Below, in pieces: positions 35,646 through 49,683 of a stretch of DNA of 64,000 nucleotides (positions within the stretch are counted from its first letter, which is position 1; every line of letters starts with the position of its first letter). Origin of the DNA: Octopus sinensis (taxonomy: Eukaryota); the NCBI RefSeq assembly GCF_006345805.1, contig NC_043014.1:33108001-33172000 (forward strand), written 5' to 3'. Made by a program: the position numbers and the translations under genes. Below the pieces are notes generated by a model. It had not been told where the DNA came from and made no database searches. It worked only from the letters and a program-made list of their open reading frames with translations.

Positions 35646-38600
35646 GATACATTAAAATAAAATAAAATCATTGATAAATAATACTTAACATTGGTTTTAG
35701 AATATTTAGCTACACTGTGGTAAATATATTTTTGTCTTTTTTGGGGGGTCTGACTACTCCCATGACCTCTGTTATATGTTATTTATGCAACAAAATGCAA
35801 GTTTCTTGGTTGTCTCTCAGGAACCACTGACAACATATTCTTCTTTTCACCCAGTAATTTACTTTCCATTCTAATAACATGCTGAAACATTTGCAGTCAC
35901 ATTTCTAGCACACTTCGATTCTCTTATCCCTCTTGTGCACCACCTTTCACATAAAGTTACCATTATATATCCAACAAATTACGTTCATCTCATTTCCTCC
36001 CAGGTTCAGCAAATCTTTCCTATTCAAAAGCCTGTCTTTTATTTCTCCATAGTATCACACTCCTCAAACATATCTTATATAGGCGCAGTAGTAAGTACTT
36101 GATTTTGGGTTCAGTCCCACTGTGTGGCACCTTGGGCAAGTGTCTTTTACTATAGCCTCGGGTCAACCAAAGTCTTGTGAGTGGATTTGGTAAACAGAAA
36201 CTGAAAGAAGCCCGTCGTTGTGTGTGTGTGTGTTTGTCCCCCGCAACATTGCTTGACAACTGATACTGGTGTGTATATGTCCCCGTAAAGAGACCAATAG
36301 AATAAGTACTAGGCTTACAAAGAATAAGTCCTGGGGTCGATTTGCTTGACTAAAGGCGGTGCTCCAGCATGGTCGTAGTCAAAATGACTGAAACAAGTAA
36401 AAGAGTCTGTCTTCGTGTTAAGGGCAGAAATCATTTGTTACCATGGTTATAAACCACATAAACCACAAACTTTAGCTCAGAATGCAAACCAACTCTAGAG
36501 CCAACCAGAGGTACTTTTTAGTTCATTGCAATCAACAGAACAATAGTCATGCTAGAATAGTGTATTCAGCATCAACTATTCCATTTTGTTGGTGTTGTCT
36601 TTCTGCTTTGTGTTCTGAGTTCATAAGTTACTGAAGTTGTAGAGGCTGTTCTACTCCAGTTTAACATACTCTGAAAATAGTTGGTTTGATGCATTAAAAA
36701 ATATTTTAGGTAAGTTTTTTTAAATTCTTTAGTTACTTGGTAAAAAAAGTGAAATAATTGTGGGTCTTGTAACATCATGATGTTGTAATATAGTGACTGT
36801 GTACAGGTATAAGAAGGAAGTTTGGTAATTATACATTGTTTACAATCAACAGTTTCTTCTTTCAGCTAAATATTTACAATATTTGATGATTTACAACATG
36901 ATGTTTCAGTCGGGTTGATCGCCAATCATTTCCAGATTAAATATTACTGAATATGTACATGGTTTCAAATTGGATTCAAACACTATTTTCATGGGTAAGG
37001 ATATCGCAAACTATTCCTTCTGTAGAAAGAAAATTTCTCCTTTCAAATCCAGTCAGGAACTACATACATACATACATACATACACATTCACGCACACACA
37101 CACACACACTGATCTCTCTTTGTCATGTCAGCTGAGTAAAATTTGCTTGCTTGTGGAGCTCTAAGACTAAAGTATCTTTATTGCTTTCACCAGCTAGCTT
37201 TAAAAACCAGAACCAATCCAATGGTATTGTCAAAAGTGCTTAAACGTTTCTACTAAAGGTTTTTCAAATCCTTATATTACATATACGATACATGTATTTA
37301 GTATGTAGAACTATTGCTAATTGTTTCAATAATCCCAGATAGATTAAAAGGCAAAGTCGGCCTAAGTTGAAACAAATGTTGTTCAACTGAAAAATATATT
37401 TGATGAATATTTTCACGTATTACTCGAAAACAAATTGATTGCTGCATGAAGTTACTTTTTTGGTTCACTTACTTTTTATCCGTCCAGTAATGATGCTTCA
37501 ATAAACTCTATAACTTCCGGCAATTCAAGTTAAAGAGAGAGACTCTGTGGTCGTTTGACCTGCTGCAAATAATAGGTAAATCATTTTTGAAACCACACCC
37601 TGCTGTCTTAAACAAGGAAAGTTGGTGTAGTCACAGCTGGAATGCTATCGATCACATGTCTGCTCGGTCAGGCTTGACTTTTGGCTAACCAACAACAAAT
37701 ACTACAACTCTATCTCTTCCTTGTGCCCAAAGCCTAGAGCTGTGGAGTTGAAGAATCTAGTATCAGTAAAAATGGATTTTGGTAGTTAATTATGCCCAAA
37801 GAGATAAAATTATAATACTGAAGTTCTGAGTTGAAATCTAACCAATGTCGAATTTTTTCGTTTCATTCCTCAAAGTTCAATAAAAATATAGTACACGGAT
37901 CGATTTAATAGACTACGCCCCAAATCGTGGGGCATTAAATATGTTTTAGAAATCATTATTTGTGTAATGTTCTTCCGCGGTCAATAAAGTACCGATCAAG
38001 GGATGAGACTGGTTCAGTCTATTAGCCTCCCACCATCAAATTCACGGCCTTAAACCTGTGTTAGAAATTATCATTATTAGAATGATATAGGGCGGTGGAT
38101 TAGCAGAATCATTGGAGCATGACATTGAATCCGTATTTTCATAGTCTGAGTTCAAATCCTTTCGGGGCCACATTTTGCCTTTCGTCCTTTTGGGTGTGAT
38201 AAAAAAAAGTCCCAGTCAAGTACGGGGATCAATATACTCCACTAACCCCTTAAAATTAATGGCTTTTGCACCTAAATTAAAAACAATTAGTTCAATAGAA
38301 AAGAAGAAAATGAGTGAGCGTAGGGCATCAGCAATGACATTTTTCAGAAGACACCAAAACAGATTTTAAAGGTCACAGCTCCACATTCAGGCCGTCCTTA
38401 AGTTTTTAACAATAAGGAATAATACGAACTCGGTTGAATGTCAAATATATTTTATCCAAAATTAAAAAAAAAATTTTTACCTCCTAGTCTACGAACCCTA
38501 AATACATTACCATTAAGAAAAATATATTTCTTGGGTAAGTGTCTATGGTAATTGTTGTCGAAGTTATAAACAACATATCTGAAGATTTAAGGTTCTGTGT

Positions 38601-40390
38601 TTGTAGAATAAGAAATAAAAAGAAACATTCTCAACATTTTACCATTGCGACCCATTTGGAATATAAATAATCCCTTGACACCCTTTAAAAAATATTTACA
38701 TAAACGATTTCCAAATTTTTTTTTTAAATCACAGTACTTTTCTTGGGGGAAATATTCACTTTTTGTTTACAGTAAATTCAAACAAATGCCTTTGGTTTAT
38801 TGTATTTGACATTTCTTGTCTTTTTTTCTTTCTTTACATTTTACCAAATATTTTGTAAGTAAAAGACTGTCTACTGAAGTTGATCAAAGTCAAGTCCGGA
38901 GTCATTTAGCAATTAGAGAAATAGAAAATTATTTAATAGCCTGACACTTGTTAATTTCTGAAGTATTTTGACAACTTAGCTAGCATACATTTTTTAAAAT
39001 TGGTTTCTTCACCCGATGATATATTTGTGTTGTAGACTAGAATAAAACCAAATCAACATAAAAACCAGTTACGTTTCACACACACGCAAGTGCTTCTATA
39101 TGGTTGCTCAAACTGCTAGAGACAGCAGTAAAAAAGTGTTCCTGCCGTTTGAAAATATGAAGACCACTTTGAATACAAAATCGTTGAAAGTAATGATGGA
39201 ATAAACACGTAATGGAATGCTTTTGATTGTATGTATGCTGGATCAGTGTTGATCAATAATAGTAACCTTCACATTTCTCAACATCATTACACTCGTTATC
39301 GCGAGACGAAAGGGAATTAGAGAAAGTAATTACATGCCAGGAAAACAAACAAATCATAGTAGGAGGTAGATATACCAGTAATTCCGTATCGACCAGCATG
39401 AATAACCTATGATGATCAGATGCGTTCCAGCCGTGACCACCCAGTGTCTTTATTTATTTATTTTTCAGAAACTGTACGAGAACTTGTGCCTCAAAATCTA
39501 GGCGGCTTACGGCCAAAGGGTATAATGAATTTGACACCATCACAGCCTGTAAATAGGGGGCTCACAAATTAAGTAGCTTCTGTTCATCTAAATCCGACAC
39601 TGATAAGGACCACGTTATCTAATGTGCCCTTCCTTTGATAATACAGTAGCGTATGCTTAGAAGGAGATTTGCTTGCTTTTTCTAGCAAGCTCGGCTATAG
39701 ACTTCCTTGTTGGCTTGAACTTGAGTAGTAAGTAAGGATTGTCACAAAAGTTTGTACACAATGCTGGTCTGGCTGTATCAGTAAGAATCGGATTGGTAAT
39801 AAATAGTGTATGTCGTGGACCACAAAATCAAAAAGTTACTAAGGTTTTGGACTGATCCCTTCCCCAGTAAAAAAGGGGGGAGGGTGAAGAAAACGGCCGG
39901 TTCAACAGTGTGCTTTAGAATCACTCTATCAAGTGACTACCGATTTCAAGATTTTGGATTTAAAACCATGTGGTTCCTGCAAAAGAACCTTTGAGGGATA
40001 TATATGGCTGCTACATATGAGGCATGTCGGAGTAACGAGGTTGAAGTTGCCTCGTAAAAAGGAAGAGAAGGCTTGGATTATTAATGAAAACACCCAAGAG
40101 GAAAGATATATTCCCATACTCTCTAAATACGCATGCATATTTATATAAGCATTCTCACACACATACTAGTATACTTCTGAAGAAATACATATACACAGAC
40201 ATTAGGAGAGGTAAGAAAATATGAATGAAAGAAAATGAGTAGCAGCAGCAGGAGACAGAAGAATGAGAGAAGTACGGAGTGAGTGGTTTTCTCGTTGTCT
40301 GCTTAGCCTTCTTTTTCCTCTACGCTTCTCTCTATCTCATTTACGTTTACTATTTCAACTTCTCCTTCACCTCTTGCTCTTTCTTCTAAG

Positions 40391-41078
40391 GTAAGTATGA
40401 ATGAAAGAAAGAGGGGGGAGAACCGGCGGTAATAATAGAAAGAAAGATGAGTTAAAAAATAACAAAAAAGAGGAGGAGATGGAGGAGCATGAGATAAAGA
40501 GTGTGATAGGGAGAGAGAAAAAGAAAGAAAGAGGAATTATGACAGTAGAGAAGAGGAAGAACGATAACGACGAGAAAAAAGTAGTGTAAAAAGGGAGGAA
40601 TATGTGTGAGAGAAAAATGAAAGGAAGAAAGGCAAACAAAAGGTGACAAACTTAAAAATCACTGGAGTGGGAACGAAGGGGAGATGACGTACGAGGAGGA
40701 GGAAGAGTGAAAAAAGCAATTATAAGTAAAAGAAGGAGGGAATAAAATAAAAGAGTAAGAGTGAAAGAAAGAATGAGAGCAGGAAAGGAAAACAAAAAGT
40801 GAGAGAGAGAGGTGATAATGGGAGGGAGGATGAAGGCGAAATGAAAGACAACAACGGCTGGGAAAAGAAGAGAAGAAAAGATGGAGGAATAAGTAAAAGG
40901 AAAAAGAAATAAGAAGCAAATAAAGAAAAGTGAGGGTTAAGAGAAGAAGCAAAAAATTGCAACAGCTCATATTATTGAAAGAAAAAAAAAAAAGGTAGGG
41001 ACGAAAACGAGATAAAGAGGATCTACCCAGCGTACTGTGCGCCGACAACCCAATTTATCGTGGTGCTTTCGCCTGCAG
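40391..41078 (+). other. Possible 5'-UTR intron of E2F4/5 (strongly purine-rich)
   Basis: AAG|GTAAGT donor at 40391 and tgctttcgcctgcAG acceptor at 41077-41078, 6 nt before the ATG. No transcript evidence is available. Confidence 0.35.
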
Positions 41079-41084
41079 TTACAC

Positions 41085-41204
41085 ATGATGGCTAGTGCAG
41101 AACAAACACCACCTAGCAGGCACGAGAAAAGTCTCGGTCTTCTTACCTCGAAGTTTGTGTCTCTGTTGCAAGACACTGAAGATGGAGTACTTGACCTAAG
41201 AGTG
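41085..41204 (+). CDS. E2F4/5: E2F4/5-type transcription factor, coding exon 1 (N-terminal half of the winged-helix DNA-binding domain)
   Basis: ATG at 41085 opens 40 codons, [40 protein letters not shown]. These contain the E2F signature [19 protein letters not shown]...DGVLDL. The exon ends at a GTAAGT donor (41205), phase 0. Confidence 0.95.
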
Positions 41205-44200
41205 GTAAGTTAAACGTATAGGCAAACAAAAACCAAAATGCAAAAAAAAAAAAAAGATAAAAAAAAAGCAGCTTGTTACCTTTTTTTTTTTTTTTATGTA
41301 TGCCATGGAATTTTGACAACTTTTTCTGCTGTGCAGTTTATCTCATTTACATCGCTTCGCCACTTGGTTAGATGCTTATATATAAATATACACGTATATA
41401 TAAGAAAATGTTTCTCACTCTTTACCAAATAACGAAGCCTCAAAAATAAACAGAAATACGATATAATATCTAAATCTTATAGGGTACGTAAAGGTAACAA
41501 GTGCTTTCCTGTTTCCCAAAAATAAGCAAAGAAGAATCCAGGTCCGCAAAATCGTTCTATGTCCTTTATAAATCCACGTTGATTGTTATCGGGTCTTCTG
41601 CCGAAGGCAATTCTTTTAATTTTATTTGTTTATTGATATTTTCGACCGCATTATTGGACGTTTTGGAACCCTAAGTAGAGCATGGTTGCTCGACCTGCTA
41701 AATATAGTAGTCAAATTTCCCTCATATTACATTTTAAGGAAGGATATTTTAGTTAATGTAGTCATATCTCTGATTAAAAAAAAATGACGATGTCACGGCT
41801 GGAACGCCCTCGAGCATAGTTTTGCTGGTCAGGGCTAAACAGTCGACCAGTTTTTGATTGACAGAAATAAAAAAAAAGCTTTGATTTCTTTCTTTTTTTA
41901 TCCTTTTGTCTCTACTCTTTCATATCTTTCTATCTCTTTAACTTGTGTCAAAGACGGTGGAGTGTGATTTGAGAGATTTGATTGCCTTTTCTTACACTTC
42001 CTATGAGTTAAGCGTAGATTTTTCAGCTACAAAATCTAAAATAAGTTAGAGCGCATTTGAAATTACATAGTGTTGAGTAGAACATTTAATATCGAACAAT
42101 TGTTGATTTGATTTAAGTAAAAAAAAAAGCTCTTCCTCTATAACCAATAAGAGAAACCCTGTGTGGACGCTCGACCTACTAGAGAAAACAGCCAAGTCGC
42201 CACCAATTCATATTGCACGGTCCTAAAAATTAAGAACACATTAGGTAATGTAGTCCTAGATGACGGTAATCGCCGATACTTCCTCCAAAAGGACGGGATG
42301 GTCATGTTTGGAATAATCAAAGGCCTACTTGATGAGAATCGGTCTTGAGTTGAAAAATTTAGGCGATATTGGAGTATAACGTACCGTTCCACTTTTCGTA
42401 AACTTTTACCTTTTCTTTCAATTTTATAAATAAATGAATGGATATCCATAATAACGATGCTGTAACAACAAAATTTTAACCAAAAAAAAAAAAAAGCAAG
42501 GGGTTTTAGGTCAGTGCTCGACTAGCACAAGGCTCTTAAATGTAATTTCCAGTATAAATCAAATTACTTTAATATTAGGGAACACTAGTATCCGTTTAGC
42601 AAAATGAATAAACAATTACAGAACACAATTAGACAAAACTAATGATAATGGTCGGAGGAAACACCAGCAAATATGAAAAATTAATATCCTTAAGGAAAGC
42701 GAAAACGGTACGTTATGATCACCCAGAATTTAAGCCCTGTCTATGGTGTGTGTGAGAAGTACAGTAAGGGTACGATAGTCAACTTAGTAGTATTTTGGTT
42801 TTCGCTATCTTCGAGTATTTATATCCTTATATATTAAGGCTGTAGTCGTTTGCTCTCCCTAGCCCTTGTTCTCTCGTAGCCCTTCCTTGCTCTCGATTTA
42901 ATCTTTTTATTTCATACACGTGTTCCCTTTTCACAATCTAATTTCTTTTTTCGACCGGCACTTTTTACGTATCCTATTTGATTAACTTTTGCAGTATGTT
43001 TTTTTTCTCTCTCTCTTAACTTCCGCTGTTTCATTACTTAATACTATATATGATAAATGTGTTTTTCATATATATATATATATACATATAGGTTAACTTT
43101 CTTCTTTCTTCTGCACATCATTATCACTAAGTGGTGAAATGGAGTAATCCTTGCTGAAAAAGTATAAAGAGGGTGCTCTAACGTGAAGTATCTTTCGTCA
43201 CGTGAACCTTGGGAGTATGTATTGCTAGATCATTATTAGAACATCGGACAAAATGTCTGCTGTTTTTAATTATAGCCCTTCAAGTTCTGAGTTCAAACCC
43301 CACTGAGGTCAATTTTAGTCTTCCTCTTTTGTATGTGTGTGTGTGTTGGGGGTCGATAAAATAAGTACCAGACAAATACTAATGTCAAATTAATCAACTG
43401 CAGCAACTCCCTCCACAATTTTGGTCTTGTACCTATGAAAAAAATATCATTATTGATATTCTTCTGTTCGCTAAACTGAAAAGAAAGCTAGTTTCTGTTA
43501 GTGAAAACGGCATCTACGATCTCGCCTTCTCTAATACTCAAGTCAACAAACTATAACTATTTATTCGGAACTATTGTGTACACTCGTTGTGAGATTCTTT
43601 GTTAGAGCTACAATAAAAAATCCAATTGCCTCTTTGCTTAATTATTTTTGTACTTCTCCTTGGTCCCAACAGCTCTGTCAACTTAGGATTATGACCAAAA
43701 AAGTAACTGGAAATAGAATGAAAAACACAAACATTTAAATAAACAAATAAAGGAACCCTTGGTACTGAGTTCGTTTGACATCTCGGTCAGCATGTGGTTG
43801 TATTGGAGAAATGAGTGCTTCCACCCCTCTTCCCTCCCTCTCCTACGACTGCTTTGAATATAAAATAAAAATAAAAACTCGCACCAGCACAAGTCCTTGC
43901 TCTGTTTCTTTTACTCTTTAACTCCATTCATTCTATATTTTCCTTTTTTTTTCTTTCTTTTCTTCGCCCTATTTTGATATTCTTTTATTTTCTCTCTCTC
44001 TCTCTCTCACAAACTTTCTATACCTTACTTTTTATTTTGCTCTAAGCTTCGTCTTTTACACTATCTTCTACACCACTCTTGTCACATAACTATTCGTTCT
44101 TTCTTTCACTCCATCTGAAACTTTCATTCATTCCATTTTTGATTCTCTGAGTCTTATCTCGAAGTGGTTTTTTTTTTTTTTTGTTACATAGCACTTTCTC

Positions 44201-46437
44201 TTTTACTCTTTCTGTTTCTTGTTTGTTTGTGCACTCTGGGTACAATCTTTTTACTTTTGCCCCCCCACCCACTCTACTCTTTTTCACGATTCTTTTTTTT
44301 TTTTCTACTTTGTTTATCCTTACTATTATTAGTCCGCTTCTCATTGTAATAATACTGAACTTATAATATTTTTGCCGTTACGTTCTGGGTTGAAATTCCG
44401 CCGAGGTTGACTTTGCCTTTCATCCTTTCGGGGGTCGATAAATTAAGTACCAGTTACGCACTGGGGGGGGGGGTCGATGTAATCAACTTAATCCGTTTGT
44501 CTGTCCTTGTTTGTCCCCCCTGTGTTTAGCCCCTTGTGGGTTGTAAAGAAATGAATATTTTTATGACAAGAAAACTGAAGCTATTTCTTTGTGGAGGTCA
44601 CGATAGGAAGACATTTTATCTTTGACTAAATACTTGCTTTGTGTATCTGTAATAAACACAGATAATTTTAATCACCATATTTTGTAAATATTATTTTAGA
44701 TCAAATATAATGGTAAAATGAACTGAATTGAGTCTATAAAAAAATTAAAACGAAAGAAAAAACTATTTTAATCTTCAAAAATATTATGCTCACCTATTTA
44801 ACAAGTTACCCGGTGAGCACAGAAACCTACTTGACACAAGAAGTCTAATTTCTATCCTATTATTTTCAGATATGTTTTTAAAATTCATTCTCACAATCTC
44901 TTTCTCTGTGTATATATTGTGTGTGACTCGCTAACTAGTCATCATTGTTCGTTTGAGTCTATTACATCTATTGTGGAAATCTTTCGGTAAAAGTCTATGA
45001 CGGTATGAGTGTGACAGAGCTGAATACACACACAAATACTCATTACTGATGTTATATACCAATACCGAAACGTCACCGATTTTTAAATATTTTAGATTTT
45101 AAAAAGAGATCGAAAGTCTCTAGGTGCGATCGATCGCAAATTAGAATTTTGTATGTATAAATTTCCTTATCCATACAAAGAGAAGAAAAAGTAGTTTCTT
45201 ATGATTCTTTTTCACCCGGGAAAGGAATTTCATCAACATAATCGGAGTTAGAAATTGACTAGTTACTTGTTTTATTGTCCCGGGAGAATGGTAGGTTGAG
45301 TCGACTCGTGCTAAATACTGCAAGACATTTTTTCGTCTAAGTACTCCACCGATTATCCCTAAATATGTCACGAATATTACAACTTCCCGTCTTCGTAGGA
45401 GAAAGAAAAAAATTCAGGTAAAATCGTACACACGTATTCGAATGTGTGGGCACGGTTTTTTTTTTAGTTTGACGCCAGTTCACTTTACTCGTGCTTTTTT
45501 GAAAGGAAGACTTAAAAGACTCTTGCGGGACGGAGAAAGTAAATAACATACATGGTGGATCGACTGTACGACTTACCCCTTGCAATTTATGATACTGTGT
45601 CAGTATAAAGAATCTATATTTGATATTTTATTAAATGCTACTGAAAATCAACTCTGTCATGTTTATTGCTGTAAAAATATATTTTCAAATTTCTGGTTTC
45701 CTTCTGATAATTCTCAAATGTTTACAGCTCTTGAAATTGTGAGTTAAAGAGAAAAAAACCATAATTCGACGAATATGAAACTAAGCCATAATTGCAAATG
45801 ATTTCCTCTTTCATTAAAATTTAAAATTAAAATGAAATAATCAGATTTGAAATTGTGTGATATAAATTGGGGCGGCGGGGGAGGGGGGAGTTCATGACTA
45901 ACAGGGGAGATAACTCTGAACAAATTTCCGACCTAATTCTGAAACGACCCTTGTCTTGGCGACTTACCCCGTTGATTTAGTGAAAAAAAAAAGGGGTATC
46001 GGATTCTGTTCGAAAGTAGACCCAAAACGGAAATTTAGCGAGTAATTTAAATTACATAACCTGTAAGTCGGTTCTAATTTACTTAGTTGATAATTTAATG
46101 ATACTCAATGGGATTTTTATTTCTTAGAATATTAAAGTAGAAAGTAATTTTTTAAAAATAGCTTTCAGAATAATCTACAAATATCGTAATCTATCTACTT
46201 TTCCAATTCTGGCAACCCTGCTCCCAGCTGGAACTACTTTTTAAACATTTTCTAAAAGTGAACGTCAATAAAATCCATTACCTAGTCTAAAATAACATTT
46301 ATTCCGACTTCTCACAATAGAATTAACGTTCCAAAGATCCTCAACGCGGTTTCAAATTTCATTTATTCCCATGTCAGTTACAATCACGTTAACCTTTTTT
46401 TTTTTTTTTACCTGGTTTATTTTAAAATGTTATATAA

Positions 46438-46710
46438 GACATTCTTTCGATATAGCTCGACAAAATCAAAACATTTCACTTCGGATATTTCCGTGGAAGC
46501 AAATGACTGTTCGATCCTGTTGTCTGCTTGGAAATTTGCGGGTTATACATACACACATGAAACGGGTAAGAACAAATATGCAAGGCTTTTTTTCTTCAAG
46601 TTTAAAATGAGACCTTGCTGGCATAACTTCGTTATACCTATACTCCACAACCCACGGAAATACCCGAAGTGATATGTTTTGGTTTTGTCGAGTTATATCG
46701 AAGGAATGCC
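46438..46710. mobile_element. Mutator-like MITE (273 bp)
   Basis: Imperfect ~60-bp TIRs starting with G (gacattctttcgatatagctcgacaaaatc... / ...gttatatcgaaggaatgcc). 9-bp TSD gttatataa / gttatatat, 8 of 9 matching. Confidence 0.75.
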
Positions 46711-48744
46711 GTTATATATAACCTCATAAAACCTCACTCCGCCTTCAAATATTGATGGTTACGATGCAGAACAGTGGTGGTAGTAATGTATGGTTTACTA
46801 AGCGGAAGAGGGGATGGAGTATAAAGTGAATAGAGAGCAAAATATTCAAAGCTGATCCTTCAGTTTATAAAGAGACAAAGGGCAATATTTCACACAATCA
46901 CTCGTCGTTTCTTTATTCTCTCTGTCGTGACTCTCTTCATTATTACCGTTGTTGTAATCCACCGACGTTTTTTCACAGCAACTACTGGGTGCCCATGAAA
47001 GATCCACGTTGATAAATATTGTGGTTTATAAGCCTATTACTTGCAGCCGACTCTATTACTGAAAGGCATCAGCTGTAGAGAATCTGTCCCCATCTAATTC
47101 CGTCTCACCGATGCAAGCGTGGAAATGTGGACTTTAAATGATGGTGATATATAAAGTGACTTGTTTTCATACAGCAGACATGGTGACTGTATAAGTAACT
47201 ACCACAGGATCAACTCCTTTTTGTAGTATGATGACTTCTGTGTCTCATGACCTTGAGGTCTATGCCAGTAGTGTGCAAGCTCCTGGATGGGTCTGCCTTG
47301 CTGGACAAGTCAAAGAGGCCTGGCTAATATGGATCACTTCTTCAAGATCTAAAATAGGTGTGCAAAGAGCCAATATTACTAACTAGAAAAAGAAAGCAAA
47401 GTTACTGAAGCATCGATGACACTTCATAACCAATATGATCAGGGAAACATATGACTTGTCAGGCCCTGATCTGAAACCCACAGGGGAGGCAGAAGAAAGG
47501 AGCCCTAAGACTAGCTTGAAGTTGGTTACTGAAGTAGATCTGAAATAAAGCAAGGATTCAACTGAAAAGTAGAAAAGACAGCCCAGAGTTGAAAAAGTTA
47601 TTGATGACCTATGCTCCCCAGCAAGCAAAGGGTTTAATAGTAACAGAATGTATAAGTAAATGATCTACCAGTATTCCCACAAAATTCAGGCAGTGAAAGT
47701 ATCGTAACAGCTAATTGCTTTTGCTGTGGAGGTGAAATGGCCCAGTGGTTAGAGCAGCGGACTCGCGGTCGGAGGATCATGGTTTCGATTCCCAGATCGG
47801 GCATTGTGTGTGTTTATTGAGCGAAAACACCTAAAGCTCCACGAGGCTTCAGCAGGGGGTGGTGGCGACCCCTGTTGTACTCTTTCGCCCCAACTTTCTC
47901 TCACTCACTCTTCCTGTTTCTTTAGTAATGCTACGATGGACTGGCGTCCTGTCCAGCTGGTGGGGAAGACATACGCCACAGAAACCGGGAAACTGGGCCC
48001 ATGAGCCTGGCTCGGCTTGAAAAGGGTGCATAAATAATTTTAAAACAAAATTTCTTTTGCTCTGTGTCACAAAGATGATGATATACTGGCTAGATTAGAT
48101 TTGGATGGATGAATGGATGGTGTCAAAGTAATTAGTGGATTAAACTTTTGACAGTCATGCTAGTGGTTAGAGTCCTGTGGTATAAAAAAATTAAAATGTT
48201 GGGGAAAGAGGATGGTAAATGTGTGTGCAAGAAAGAGAGAGAGATTCAAATGAATGCTACTGACATATGCACATATACACACACACACTTACACGAATGT
48301 TCTTGATAAAGCACATGCAGACAATAATAGGTTGTGTAAGAGTAACTGGTTGTATGTGTGAATGCCATAAGCATGTGTATGCATTCATGTGCCAGGTGTG
48401 TTTGTTTGATTTTCTCTCTCTCTCTCACTATTTACTGACAACTTGGATCATATCATTGTCATGAAGATTGAACATCTGTCTATTCTATTATCTTTATATT
48501 ACCCAACTGAGGTGGCTGGCATCAGATATTCAGCTATAGAAAACACACCTAAGCTGACACTGAAGCTTAGCGTAACCCTGCAGCTTCTTGGATCCATCCT
48601 GTCAAACTATTCAACCCATCTCAGCATGGAAAACATGTTAAATAATGATAATGATTTTGCTCCTTACATCCTATGTAAAATGTGTGTGATGTTATGTCCT
48701 GGATGGTTTTTTTCCAGCAAGTTATATATTAATAACCATGTTAC

Positions 48745-49140
48745 TCTTTTACTCTTTTACTTGCTTCAGTCATTTGACTGTGGCCATGCTGGAGCACCGC
48801 CTTTAGTCGAGCAAATCGACCCCGGGACTTATTCTTTGTAAGCCCAGTACTTATTCTATCGGTCTCTTTTGCCGAACCGCTAAGTGACGGGGACGTAAAC
48901 ACACCAGCATCGGTTGTCAAGCAATGCTAGGGAGACAAACACATACACACACATACATATATATATATATACATATATACGACAGGCTTCTTTCAGTTTC
49001 CGTCAACCAAATCCACTCACAAGGCATTGGTCGGCCCGGGGCTATAGCAGAAGACACTTTCCCAAGATGCCACGCAGTGGGACTGAACCTGGAACCATGT
49101 GGTTGGTTAGCAAGCTACTTACCACACAGCCACTCCTGCG
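48745..49140 (-). mobile_element. SINE family A (bipartite with central (TA/TG)n), representative full copy
   Basis: Head tggctgtgtggtaagtagcttgc..ggttcagtccc and tail gactgaa..aagtaaaagagtaaaagag. Other copies lie at ~1812-2190(+), 2600-2745(-), 8260-8490(+), 8495-8885(-), 9232-9410(+), 14005-14410(-), 24395-24680(+), 36105-36405(+), 51425-52025(+), 56505-56720(+), 60405-60545(+), 61280-61425(+) and 63175-63330(+). Confidence 0.85.
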
Positions 49141-49506
49141 TCTTAACTTTCTTTGAAAAAGATGTGAAATGTTATATCTTGGGGATTGGGTATGGGTGTT
49201 ACTTTATAATATTGAGTGCTTCTTGATTATTTTATTACTGAAATGGAGTTTGGTGTTTCAGTGGACATTAATTGTTGAGCAAGGCAGCAAGACGTGGAAG
49301 AGAAGATACTGGGAAAAGGCAAAGAGAAGAAATAATAAATAGGAATAAAGAGTTGAGAATCAAGAATGAGAAATATTGACTCTTGAGGAAAGGAATGAAA
49401 TTCTTGTAAGAAATGGCGACAGAGGGTGCCATGTGATGAGCAACAAAGCTGAAGCTAATTGGGAAAGAATGAGAAATGTTAACCAAGAATGAAGCACAGT
49501 ATGAAT

Positions 49507-49683
49507 GTATTTCTTTACTGCCCACAAGGGGCTAAACATAGAGGGGACAAACAAGAACAGACAAAGGGATTAAGTCGATTACATCGACCCCAGTGGGAAA
49601 CTGGTACTTTATTTATCGACCCCGAAAGGATGAAAGGCAAAGTCGACCTCGGCGGAATTTGAACTCAGAACGTAACGACAGAC
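49507..49683 (-). mobile_element. SINE family B, 5'-truncated
   Basis: 16-bp TSD gaagcacagtatgaat at 49491-49506 and 49684-49699. Other B copies lie at ~44380-44555 (+) and 53320-53535 (-). Confidence 0.85.

Noticed and set aside
36880-36955. C/D box snoRNA candidate (TGATGA at 36884, CTGA at 36947)
   Set aside because: The terminal stem is weak and off-register, there is no clear C'/D' box, and the best rRNA complement I recall needs a gap. Such motifs are common in AT-rich DNA.
45215-45290. E2F autoregulatory sites (TTTCCCGG on the minus strand)
   Set aside because: A single 8-mer match 4 kb into the intron is expected by chance.
45365-45416. Alternative first E2F exon (MSRILQLPVFVGERKNS + GTAAAA)
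   Set aside because: It ends in phase 1, which is incompatible with phase-0 exon 2. The donor is weak and there is no homology.
47380-47640. Decayed ORF-like segment in E2F intron 1
   Set aside because: Multiple stops in every frame and no recognisable family.
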